In this document: positions 27,072-35,774 of the stretch, one piece after another
How positions within the stretch are numbered: position 1 is the stretch's first letter
Layout: each line of letters begins with the position of its first letter
Assembly: GCA_903850425.1 (NCBI GenBank)
Contig: CAINLR010000048.1
Coordinates: 1,364 to 65,363, forward strand
Reading direction: 5' to 3'
DNA length: 64,000 nt
Source: an uncultured Verrucomicrobia subdivision 3 bacterium
GTDB lineage: Bacteria > Verrucomicrobiota > Verrucomicrobiia > Limisphaerales > UBA11358
Notes under the pieces: generated by a model
The model's input: the letters and a program-made list of their open reading frames with translations, nothing else
Database searches by the model: none
What the model was told of the DNA's origin: nothing
Made by a program: the position numbers and the translations under genes

Positions 27072-30000
27072 CTATTGTCCCGCCGCCGCGTTGAGTTTCT
27101 CAGCCAGGGCGGCGGCCTCGGCTGCGCTGAAGCTGCCGGTAATTTGTCCAATGCCGGAGGTGATTTCCGACTGAAGGTTCGGAGCTGACATCAGTTGGCC
27201 ATCAACGATGATGGCGAGCCGCTGGTGCAACAGTGCCCGCGTGACTTGGCCAAATTTCTCGCGGCCGGCGTCAGTGAACGTGATTTCAATTTGCGGCTCA
27301 CCCTGGTTGCCGACGATCAATTTGGCAGACTGCAAATCTCGCTCGTCCAGCAAGGCCTGCTTCGCCACGAACAGCACTTCCTGACGGACTTGGCCGGTCG
27401 TTTTATTGGTGGAAAGGTCGGTCATTTTTTCTGCATCATCGGCCGTTTCATCCACGACCGCTCGCAGCTGGAAAATCGAAGCGGTTTTGGGTTTGAACCG
27501 GTCGGCCAGGCTTTGCAGCAACTTAGCGTCCGCCTCGCGCTGCTGGCGCTTCAGAAACGCGGCGTAATTTTTCACGGCGTCCGGCACGGCGGCGGGACTG
27601 ACCGGACACAACGCCACCGCTTGGCGAAACGCAAAATCTGCGGCGCGCGTCAGGCGTGCTTTTTCACCGGCGGTGGCGGCATGTTCCGCCCGCCACGCGT
27701 AGAGTCCAGCCTGGGAACTGCGCAGCTTGGAAAACATCCGGCTCGAATAATCGTTCTGCACAAAACCCGGATCGCCGGTGAAGCCGTGGAGATCGTGCCG
27801 GACAAAAACTTTCTCGGCGAACGCGGTGACCTCCTGGACGGACGTGTCGTCCTTCAGCCAATCGCCGATCGCGCCGGACAGGACTGTTTGCCAATGGGCG
27901 CGGTCCCGCTGCACCATCGCGTCAGACAATTCCGCCAGCGGCGGGCGGTTGATTTTGAAAATAAATCCGTGCGGTTCGAGGTGCGGATACATCCAGTCCA
28001 GCGGGAAACTTTCCTCGATGAAAAATTCTCGTCGGAGATTTTTGTCGAAGATGATTTTGACGAGCAGGGCGTTGATTTCCATCACGGCAGTCACGCCGCT
28101 CACTTGCACCCGGCCTTCCGTCACTTTGAGGTCTTCGCCGGGCTTGAGTTTGTCTTCTTTTTGGCGCACTTGCAGGTCGGCGACGTAATCCTGAAAGCAT
28201 TTTTGCGAGTCCTCGCCGGTGGGGATATAGAGAACATTGGTTCCAATTTGGTTTGCGCCCGCAGCCTTTTGCGCGCTAGCACGGAATTGAACGCTGGCCA
28301 GCAGCCCTTGCATGCGATCGTTGCGTTGCTGAGCGAATACTTTTGCCGTCTCGTTGGCAGCATTCCATTGCGGATCGTCCTTCTTGTTTGCCAACGCTTC
28401 CAGCTTCTTTTCTGCTTCCGACCACTTGGCACTCAAGGCTTGAAAAGCGCCATCCGTGCGGCATGCCTCGGCGAGTTGGGAGAATAGTTCCTTGTTTTCG
28501 CCATAAGTATTCCGCAGGTAATCCAGGTAGGTTCCATCCGCCAGCGCGTTTTGGGTCAGCGTGAAAAATGGCTCGCCTTTCACATGGGATTTCTGCAGCG
28601 CCGTGATGATGAAACGCCCGGGATCCGTGCCGCCAAAATACACACTGCCCGACGGGATGGATTGGAGAACGTCATCGGCGAAGGCCTTGGAATATTTCTC
28701 ATTACCCACGGCAAACGCCTCGCTGGCCCCGAAGGTTTCGCGCATGGGTTGCAGCCACATGCCGTGCGGATAGCCATTGGTGACCTTGCTTAAACCCAGG
28801 GTGTGGGCTTCCAAGTCCGCCCAACTATTTGTAACCGCCGGCCAATCGCCGGCCGCGGCGGCGGCAAAAAAGCGCGTGCAATCGGGCACTACCATCGTCT
28901 CGTTTGAGTTGGGATACCACTCGGCAAAATTCTTTTGATCAGTGGCAATCAGTTGCAGTTCCTGCGCCTGTTTTTCCCCGACAAAGCGTTTTAGTTGATC
29001 CGCGACTTGGGAAGTTTTCAGCGACCACGGCAGCGAAGAATTTTCGGCGGCATAACTTCCGATCAGCCAGCCCAAACTCAAAAAGGCCGCCACCAGACCG
29101 ACGACCGTCACCTTGGCGATCCGGCTCCGGTTACGGCGCCCGTCCAGAATTGCCTCCACCCGCTGTGCCAGGCCCGATGGACGCGCCATTGCAATCACGG
29201 CAACCTGCGGGATGCGACGAAAACTTTGGGCGATGTCCACCAGATGACCGGCGTAGTCCGAAGCTTTGCAGCCACTGTTCAAAACCAGGTCGTCGCACGC
29301 GCGTTCGCGCTCGACGCACATCCGCCGCGCCGCCAGCCAGACAAGCGGATTGAACCAGAACAACGCGCCGACGAGGTGCGCCGCGAGCTGCGTCAGGCAA
29401 TCCCAGCGCTTCACATGCGCGAGTTCATGCAGCAGGACAATCCGACGACGTTCCCCCGGCCAGTCGTTCGCATCCGCCGGCAACAAAACCACCGGACGCC
29501 GCCAGCCCCATGTCAGCGGCATCACATTTTCCACCGACTGCAACAACGTCACGGCTCGTCGCAACTGCAGGGTTTCGCCTGCTTCTTTCAACAGCGTCGT
29601 CCAATTCTCATCCTGCACCGCTGGCGCGCGACGGGAAAACCGATGGAGTTGAAGCTGGCCGCTGGTGATGGAAAACAAAACCAGGACGACGCCCGCGACC
29701 CAGGCGGCGAATCCGAGCACCAGCCAGCTTGCGCCAAAATGCGCGGTGAACTTGGGAGTGCCATCGGAGAGCTCGCGACCGGCGTTGATTTTTTCCTCGA
29801 TGGCGGGCGGCGTTTGCAGCGCGGCAGCGGCGGTGCCAAGCTGGTTGCCGGCCGCAAATTCCAATCCCAGCGCAACCTGATTGCCGTTTGCGTAAGTGGT
29901 GGAAACCGACCAAAGCGGTTTCTGCCACGAGGGCCGCGTGGAGGTCAGCAACGGGAGACAGGGCAATCCGGCCACGGCCAGCAGCCAGATCAGGTGTCGC

Positions 30001-30146
30001 GTGGCCGCCGATGCGCGCCGCCACAGCGTGCAGGTTCCGGCCGCCAGCGCGAGCACGACGAAGCTCTTGATTAAAGCGTCCAGAAACAGCGCCGTGAAAT
30101 GGGCAGACTGAAGGTAGTTTGCGGTTGGTTCGATCCATGAGTTCAT
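27072..30146 (-). CDS. BlaR1-like M56 peptidase fused to a YFGGTDPGRF domain and a SecD/SecF P1-head-like domain
   Basis: HELAHVKRWD zinc motif, FWFNPL, ERACDD; C-terminal I.FTD.G.EKF..VT....RLAIIVDG..SAP..SEI..G..QITG.F..AEA..LA..L. Confidence 0.88.
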   Translation of the reverse strand: MNSWIEPTANYLQSAHFTALFLDALIKSFVVLALAAGTCTLWRRASAATRHLIWLLAVAGLPCLPLLTSTRPSWQKPLWSVSTTYANGNQVALGLEFAAGNQLGTAAAALQTPPAIEEKINAGRELSDGTPKFTAHFGASWLVLGFAAWVAGVVLVLFSITSGQLQLHRFSRRAPAVQDENWTTLLKEAGETLQLRRAVTLLQSVENVMPLTWGWRRPVVLLPADANDWPGERRRIVLLHELAHVKRWDCLTQLAAHLVGALFWFNPLVWLAARRMCVERERACDDLVLNSGCKASDYAGHLVDIAQSFRRIPQVAVIAMARPSGLAQRVEAILDGRRNRSRIAKVTVVGLVAAFLSLGWLIGSYAAENSSLPWSLKTSQVADQLKRFVGEKQAQELQLIATDQKNFAEWYPNSNETMVVPDCTRFFAAAAAGDWPAVTNSWADLEAHTLGLSKVTNGYPHGMWLQPMRETFGASEAFAVGNEKYSKAFADDVLQSIPSGSVYFGGTDPGRFIITALQKSHVKGEPFFTLTQNALADGTYLDYLRNTYGENKELFSQLAEACRTDGAFQALSAKWSEAEKKLEALANKKDDPQWNAANETAKVFAQQRNDRMQGLLASVQFRASAQKAAGANQIGTNVLYIPTGEDSQKCFQDYVADLQVRQKEDKLKPGEDLKVTEGRVQVSGVTAVMEINALLVKIIFDKNLRREFFIEESFPLDWMYPHLEPHGFIFKINRPPLAELSDAMVQRDRAHWQTVLSGAIGDWLKDDTSVQEVTAFAEKVFVRHDLHGFTGDPGFVQNDYSSRMFSKLRSSQAGLYAWRAEHAATAGEKARLTRAADFAFRQAVALCPVSPAAVPDAVKNYAAFLKRQQREADAKLLQSLADRFKPKTASIFQLRAVVDETADDAEKMTDLSTNKTTGQVRQEVLFVAKQALLDERDLQSAKLIVGNQGEPQIEITFTDAGREKFGQVTRALLHQRLAIIVDGQLMSAPNLQSEITSGIGQITGSFSAAEAAALAEKLNAAAGQ

Positions 30147-30147
30147 A

Positions 30148-30531
30148 TCAGCGTCCTTCCTTCTTGGCTTGTTTGATGAGCTGTTGCAGTTGATTCAACT
30201 CCGTGTCCGAAAGCTTCGTGTCGTGCGCTTCCAGCAGCGCGGCCATCGCCTGCGTGGCGGACCCTTGGAAAAAAGTGGCGACGAGCCGCTTCAAGGCCGA
30301 CTTGCTGGCGGTTTCCCGCGACACGCACGGCAAATAAACGTAGCGCGCGCCATCCTGCCGATGCTTGATGTGCCCCTTGTCCTCCAAAATCCGCAGCAGC
30401 GCGCGAACGGATGAGTAGCTGGGCGGATCGGGCAGGGCCGCGCGGATTTCGACGGCGGCGGCGGCTTCTTTTTCGTGGAGCACGTCCATGATCTGGCGTT
30501 CGCGGCGGCTCAACTGATGTTCTCGGCTCAT
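30148..30531 (-). CDS. BlaI/MecI/CopY family repressor
   Basis: LSRRERQIMDVL, PSYSSVRALLRILEDKG, FFQGS; immediately upstream of the M56 gene. Confidence 0.93.
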   Translation of the reverse strand: MSREHQLSRRERQIMDVLHEKEAAAAVEIRAALPDPPSYSSVRALLRILEDKGHIKHRQDGARYVYLPCVSRETASKSALKRLVATFFQGSATQAMAALLEAHDTKLSDTELNQLQQLIKQAKKEGR

Positions 30532-30535
30532 GGGA

Positions 30536-30597
30536 TGTGCTAAATTTTTAGCACAATGCAGCAAGCTGGTCAATGGCAAATGCTAAAATTTTAGCAT
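30536..30597. promoter_or_regulatory. Two palindromic BlaI-type operators
   Basis: TGTGCTAAATTTTTAGCACA (30536..30555) and the perfect palindrome ATGCTAAAATTTTAGCAT (30580..30597). Confidence 0.78.
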
Positions 30598-30704
30598 GAT
30601 GGACTTCCGCATTGATTCCGGGAGCGTTCCTGACCAGGCGCAGATGATGAAGGAGCCGGCGCACGCGCGGCATTCTGGCATAGCGCCGGGCGGATGCGGG
30701 GATT

Positions 30705-32171
30705 TCATTTCAGCCGCTGGAATTGCTTCAGTTGCTCAACCAGTGAGCGCATTTGGGTGCCGGCATCACCCTTCATTGCCGGCATGTCGGCCGCCGTTTG
30801 CGCAATCAACAGCGCATCGGCGCTGCGGTTTTGCGCCAGCAGGAAGTTGACATACCGAAATACGGCTTCCGGCGAATACGGACACAGCGCCCACGCCTGG
30901 CGGAAGGCGAAGTCCGCTTCGCTCGCTAGGCGTTCCTTCTCGCTGCCAACGGTGCCATGGTCCACACGCCACGCATACAGTCCGGCGATGGATGAGCGCA
31001 GCTTGGAAAACATTTTGTGTGAGTATGCGTTGGTGATGAATTCCGGATCGCCTTTGAATCCGCTGAAGTCGTGCTGACCAAAAGTTTTCGTCGCAAAGGC
31101 GGCGACTTCAGCCACGGATGTTTCCGGTTTCAGCCAGTCGCCGATCATGGGCCGAACATACGCGGTCCAGTAATCATGATCTTTTTGCACAGCTTCAGCG
31201 GACAATGTTTCAAGCGGCTGCCGGTTCAGCTTGAAGATCAGGCCGTGCGGTTCGAGGTGCGGATACATCCAGTCGAGCGGGAAACTTTCCTCGATGAAAA
31301 ATTCCCGGGCCGGATTTTTGTCGCAGATGATTTTGGCCAGCAGCGCGTTGATTTGCATCACGGCCACCTGCCCGCTGACTTGGACGCGGCCGGCCGTGGT
31401 TTGCACGTCCTCGCCTGGCTTCAGCTTGTTTTGGGCGGCGCGTTCCGACGCGTCCTTGGTGTAATCCTCGAAGCACTGCTGCGAATCTTCGGGACTCGGA
31501 ATGTAAATCCGTTTGCCAAACATGCCGCGCAGGTAGTCCAGATAGGAGCCATCGGCCAGCGCATTTTGCGTGAGAATGAAGAAGGGGTCGCCGGCCGCGT
31601 GTGATTTGCTCAAGGCGGTCACGAGGAAGCGGCCCGGGTCGGTGCCGCCAAAATAAATGCTGCCGGCGGGAATGGACTGGATGATGTCGCGCCCGAACGC
31701 CGTGGCATACGGCTCGCCGCCCGTGGCGAATCCTTCCCAGACGCCATACACCTCCTTGGCGGCTTCCCAGGCGGGGCCGCGAAAGCCGACCGGATAGGAA
31801 GGCGGCGGCGTTGGCAGGCCAAGTTTGTTCCGCAGCGCGTGGAAGGCGGAGACCACCGCCTTGCCGAGTTTTCCCTGCGGCGCATTTGGGTCCCCGGACT
31901 GGTTGAGCCGGCTCATCGCGAAAAATGTATTGCTGACGGCCGGCCAGTTGCCGCGCCGGGCCGCCTGGAAAAATGCGGTCATCTCCGCCGGCGGCAGGTT
32001 GGTGGCGGCCCGCGCCTGCGCCTCCTTGTCGGCGATGAACTGCGTCAGTTGCCTCGCCGTTTCCGCGTTCTTGAGCGCGGTGAATGCCGTGGGCGGTTTT
32101 GGCGAACAGCCCGTGAGGCCGGTGGCAGCAGCCAGGATGACCAGTCCCCAGAATTTTCCGATGCGTTTCAT
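30705..32171 (-). CDS. Lipoprotein paralogous to the extracytoplasmic domain of the M56 protein, with TPR-like C-terminus
   Basis: True start MKRIGKFWGLVILAAATGLTGC (lipobox); YFGGTDPGRF, LTQNALADG.YLDYLR, EESFPLDWMYPHLEPHG, FSKLRSS. Confidence 0.85.
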   Translation of the reverse strand: MKRIGKFWGLVILAAATGLTGCSPKPPTAFTALKNAETARQLTQFIADKEAQARAATNLPPAEMTAFFQAARRGNWPAVSNTFFAMSRLNQSGDPNAPQGKLGKAVVSAFHALRNKLGLPTPPPSYPVGFRGPAWEAAKEVYGVWEGFATGGEPYATAFGRDIIQSIPAGSIYFGGTDPGRFLVTALSKSHAAGDPFFILTQNALADGSYLDYLRGMFGKRIYIPSPEDSQQCFEDYTKDASERAAQNKLKPGEDVQTTAGRVQVSGQVAVMQINALLAKIICDKNPAREFFIEESFPLDWMYPHLEPHGLIFKLNRQPLETLSAEAVQKDHDYWTAYVRPMIGDWLKPETSVAEVAAFATKTFGQHDFSGFKGDPEFITNAYSHKMFSKLRSSIAGLYAWRVDHGTVGSEKERLASEADFAFRQAWALCPYSPEAVFRYVNFLLAQNRSADALLIAQTAADMPAMKGDAGTQMRSLVEQLKQFQRLK

Positions 32172-32292
32172 GGAGCTTTCCTTTTGTTGGCAGTTGATGA
32201 TCGTGCGTTCCTGCCCAATAGACACCAAACCGGGCGGATTTTGTATAGCCTGTTTTTCGCGGGTCCACGGCAACCAGCCCGCCGACCGCTTG

Positions 32293-32339
32293 TTTAGAAT
32301 TATTCTAAATCTTGACTTAACCTCCCGGCCCGCTAGATT
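32293..32339 (+). promoter_or_regulatory. Per/ICE-type box plus sigma70-like promoter of fur-sufBC
   Basis: TTTAGAATTATTCTAAA (32293..32309), TTGACT (32312), 16-nt spacer, TAGATT (32334). Confidence 0.72.
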
Positions 32340-32348
32340 GCTGCCGCC

Positions 32349-32783
32349 ATGAAGCTGCGCAGCCCATCGCACGACGACCAGCACCTGACCGAACGGTTGG
32401 GCACCACCGGCTTGCGCCTCACGCCCCAGCGCCAGCAGGTCTATGACGTGTTGCGCCAGAAGCGCGATCATCCGACCGCCGAGGAAGTGTTCATCCGCGC
32501 CAAAAAGGCCATGCCGGAAATTTCCCACGCGACGGTCTATAACTGCCTCGATGCGCTGGTCAAATGCGGCCTGGCGCGGCAGGTCCAACTCGAACGCGGC
32601 GCCACCCGGTTTTGCCCGAACATGACGGAGCACGGCCATTTTCATTGCAGCGTCTGCGGCACCATTTACGATGTGGAGCTGCCCCACGAATTGCCGTGCG
32701 TGGCCATCCCGAGCGGGTTTGAGCCGCAGAGCTATGACGTGACGATTCACGGAACCTGCGCCGATTGCGCCCGGAAGAAATAA
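32349..32783 (+). CDS. Fur family regulator (PerR-like)
   Basis: RLTPQR, DHPTAEEV, ATVYN, HGHFHCSVCG, GTCADC. Confidence 0.92.
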   Translation: MKLRSPSHDDQHLTERLGTTGLRLTPQRQQVYDVLRQKRDHPTAEEVFIRAKKAMPEISHATVYNCLDALVKCGLARQVQLERGATRFCPNMTEHGHFHCSVCGTIYDVELPHELPCVAIPSGFEPQSYDVTIHGTCADCARKK

Positions 32784-32789
32784 CTTACG

Positions 32790-34238
32790 ATGAGCACTGC
32801 GACCGACACGATTGAGAGCCTGGTCAAACAGGAATACAAATACGGCTTCGTCACCGACGTCGAATCCGAGTCCACGCCGCCGGGCTTGAGCGAGGACACC
32901 ATCCGCCACATTTCGACCAAGAAGAACGAGCCGGCGTGGCTGACCGACTGGCGCATCAAGGCGTTCCGCTACTGGCAGACGATGCCGGAGCCGACCTGGC
33001 AGTTCGTCAAGTATCCGAAAATTGATTTTCAGGCCATCAGTTATTTTTCGCAGCCCAAGCCGAAAGGCGATGCGCCAAAAAGTCTGGACGAGGTAGATCC
33101 CAAGCTGCTCGAAACTTACGAGAAGCTTGGCATCCCGCTGCGCGAACGCGGCCGTCTGGCGGGCGTGGCGGTGGACGCGATTTTTGATTCCGTGAGCGTC
33201 GGCACGACGTATCGGGAGGATCTGGCGAAAAAGGGAATCATTTTCTGCTCGTTCAGCGAAGCGGTTCACAATCACCCCGACCTCGTCAAAAAATATCTCG
33301 GCTCGGTGGTGCCTTACACGGACAACTATTACGCCGCGCTAAATTCCGCCGTGTTCACCGACGGCTCGTTCTGCTACATCCCGAAGGGCGTGCGCTGTCC
33401 GATGGAGCTTTCCACCTACTTCCGCATCAACGCCGCCAAGTCCGGCCAGTTCGAGCGCACGCTGATCGTGGCGGACGATGGCGCTTCCGTGAGCTATCTC
33501 GAAGGCTGCACCGCGCCGATGCGCGACGAAAATCAATTGCACGCCGCCGTGGTGGAACTCGTCACCCACAACGACGCGCAAATCAAATACAGCACGGTGC
33601 AAAACTGGTATCCCGGCGACGAGAACGGCGTGGGCGGCATCTACAATTTCGTGACCAAGCGCGGTCTCTGCAAAGGCAAAAACTCGCGCATCACCTGGAC
33701 GCAAGTCGAGACCGGTTCGGCCATCACGTGGAAATATCCGAGTTGCATTTTGCTCGGCGACAATTCCAAGGGCGAATTTTATTCCGTCGCCGTGGTGAAC
33801 AACATGCAGCAGGCCGACACCGGCACGAAGATGATTCACATCGGCAAGAACACCAAGAGCACGATCATTTCGAAGGGCATTTCGGCCGGCCGCGGTCAGA
33901 ACAGCTATCGCGGCCTGGTGGAAATCCGCAAGAGCGCGGCGAACTCGCGCAACTTTTCGCAGTGCGACTCCATGCTCATCGGCGCCAAATGCGGGGCGCA
34001 CACGTTCCCGTATATCGAGGTGAAAAACACCTCGTCGTCCGTCGAGCACGAGGCTTCGACTTCCAAGATCGGCGAGGACCAGATTTTTTACTGCAACTCG
34101 CGCGGGCTGTCCACGCAGGACGCGGTGAACATGATCGTGAACGGCTTCTGCAAGGAAGTGTTCAAGGAACTGCCGATGGAGTTCGCCGTCGAAGCGCAGA
34201 AGCTGCTCGGCGTGAGTTTGGAAGGCAGCGTCGGCTAA
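32790..34238 (+). CDS. sufB: Fe-S cluster assembly protein SufB
   Basis: [52 protein letters not shown]. Confidence 0.97.
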   Translation: MSTATDTIESLVKQEYKYGFVTDVESESTPPGLSEDTIRHISTKKNEPAWLTDWRIKAFRYWQTMPEPTWQFVKYPKIDFQAISYFSQPKPKGDAPKSLDEVDPKLLETYEKLGIPLRERGRLAGVAVDAIFDSVSVGTTYREDLAKKGIIFCSFSEAVHNHPDLVKKYLGSVVPYTDNYYAALNSAVFTDGSFCYIPKGVRCPMELSTYFRINAAKSGQFERTLIVADDGASVSYLEGCTAPMRDENQLHAAVVELVTHNDAQIKYSTVQNWYPGDENGVGGIYNFVTKRGLCKGKNSRITWTQVETGSAITWKYPSCILLGDNSKGEFYSVAVVNNMQQADTGTKMIHIGKNTKSTIISKGISAGRGQNSYRGLVEIRKSAANSRNFSQCDSMLIGAKCGAHTFPYIEVKNTSSSVEHEASTSKIGEDQIFYCNSRGLSTQDAVNMIVNGFCKEVFKELPMEFAVEAQKLLGVSLEGSVG

Positions 34239-34246
34239 AAATAATT

Positions 34247-34740
34247 TAACCACGGATAAACACGGATGGACACGGATAGCAACATCGCTATATTGACCGA
34301 CGATCCTCGAATTAACCGAGTTCTAAAGCGGTATTTGAAGGATGCAGAATATTCTGAATCGTCTTTGGAATTAATTGGGATTCGCCTCGAAGAATTGGAA
34401 ACAATGTGTCGTTGCTCCGCTGAAGCTTTCAAAGCCTCACGAGAATTGGATGGATACGGGCTTGTCAATTTTACAAATCGTATGGGCATGAGTTTTGACG
34501 CGAGCAAATATGATTATTTTGTCCACTCTTATGCTAGGCGTGAATTTTGTTCACCTGACCGAGTTCCGCCAAAGGAATTGCATCTGCCTTGCGAAGTTGG
34601 CCCTCCTTCAAAAATACCACTCGCGAAAGGATTGCATTGGGTTTCTACACGCCCAAAAGATGGAAAAGAGAATGATGTAGGCGTCGAAGTTGAAATTTAG
34701 AAGTTTTTATCCGTGTTAATCCGTGTGCATCCGTGGTTAA
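34247..34740. mobile_element. Putative cassette: nonamer inverted-repeat arms enclosing an AT-rich ORF
   Basis: Left arm taaccacggataaacacggatggacacggat (34247..34277); right arm atccgtgttaatccgtgtgcatccgtggttaa (34709..34740). Confidence 0.6.
34266..34700 (+). CDS. Hypothetical AT-rich cargo protein
   Basis: 144 aa ORF filling the space between the repeat arms; the ATG lies within the left arm. Confidence 0.6.
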   Translation: MDTDSNIAILTDDPRINRVLKRYLKDAEYSESSLELIGIRLEELETMCRCSAEAFKASRELDGYGLVNFTNRMGMSFDASKYDYFVHSYARREFCSPDRVPPKELHLPCEVGPPSKIPLAKGLHWVSTRPKDGKENDVGVEVEI

Positions 34741-34757
34741 AATAAATTTTTAGAAAA

Positions 34758-35516
34758 ATGAGCAAAACGATATTAGAAATCAAGAATCTCTCGGCGGGTG
34801 TCGAGGGCAAACAAATCCTCAAAGGCGTCAGCCTCACCATCAACGCCGGCGAAGTCCACGCGGTCATGGGACCGAACGGTTCCGGCAAGAGCACGCTCGC
34901 GGCGGTGCTGGCCGGCCGCGACGGTTACGACATCACCGGCGGCGAAGTGCTTTACAACGGCAAAGACCTGCTCGACCTCGATCCCGAAGAGCGCGCCCGC
35001 GAAGGCGTGTTTCTCGCGTTTCAATATCCAGTCGAGATCCCCGGCGTGAACAGCACCTATTTTCTTAAGGCCGCGCTGAACGAAATCCGCAAGCACAAGG
35101 GCGAGTCGGAACTCGACGCGATTGAGTTTCTCGCGCTGGTGCGGGAGAAGATGAAGCTGTTGGAGTTGAAGGACGATCTGCTCAAGCGCTCGGTGAACGA
35201 AGGGTTTTCCGGCGGCGAAAAAAAACGCGCGGAAATTTTCCAGATGGCCGTGCTCGAACCCAAGCTCGCCATCCTCGACGAAACGGATTCCGGCCTGGAC
35301 ATTGACGCGCTCAAAGTCGTCAGCAACGGTGTGAACAAACTCAAGCGCGCCGACAACGCGCAGCTCGTCATCACGCATTACCAGCGGTTGCTGAACTACA
35401 TCGTGCCCGATTTTGTCCACGTTCTCGTGGATGGCCACGTCGTGAAATCCGGCGGCAAGGAACTCGCGCTCGAACTCGAGGCGAAAGGTTATGATTGGAT
35501 TCTGAAGGGGGCTTGA
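34758..35516 (+). CDS. sufC: Fe-S cluster assembly ATPase SufC
   Basis: GPNGSGKST, LAFQYPVEIPGV, VNEGFSGGEKKR, LDETDSGLDIDA, THYQRLL. Confidence 0.97.
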   Translation: MSKTILEIKNLSAGVEGKQILKGVSLTINAGEVHAVMGPNGSGKSTLAAVLAGRDGYDITGGEVLYNGKDLLDLDPEERAREGVFLAFQYPVEIPGVNSTYFLKAALNEIRKHKGESELDAIEFLALVREKMKLLELKDDLLKRSVNEGFSGGEKKRAEIFQMAVLEPKLAILDETDSGLDIDALKVVSNGVNKLKRADNAQLVITHYQRLLNYIVPDFVHVLVDGHVVKSGGKELALELEAKGYDWILKGA

Positions 35517-35774
35517 CGTTTGCAGGAGGTGGAAACCCTCGCCGCAAAGCAACCAAGCCTGTCTGGCGAGCTCGACGGAGTTCAACGCTGAAGCTGCGGA
35601 ATCTCAATTGTGTGGTTCCGAATCTCGCAACGGCGGTTCAAAGTCTCTCCGTTGAAGACTGAAAGCGGCGCGCGCCCGTCCGCGGGCGGAACAACGCGGA
35701 TTCTGCGGGTGAATACAAATGTTCAAGACGCCTTCCTAGCGACATGGCTGCTCTCGGAGACGGGCGTGCTCCGG

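Noticed and set aside
32172-33275. N-terminal 368 aa of the 856-aa ORF 30705..33275
   Set aside because: It is antisense to fur and sufB. The real gene starts at ATG 32171 with a lipoprotein signal peptide.
14503-34740. CACGGAT repeats as a CRISPR array
   Set aside because: The units are 9-bp tandem arms in inverted pairs dispersed over 20 kb, with no repeat-spacer periodicity and no cas genes.
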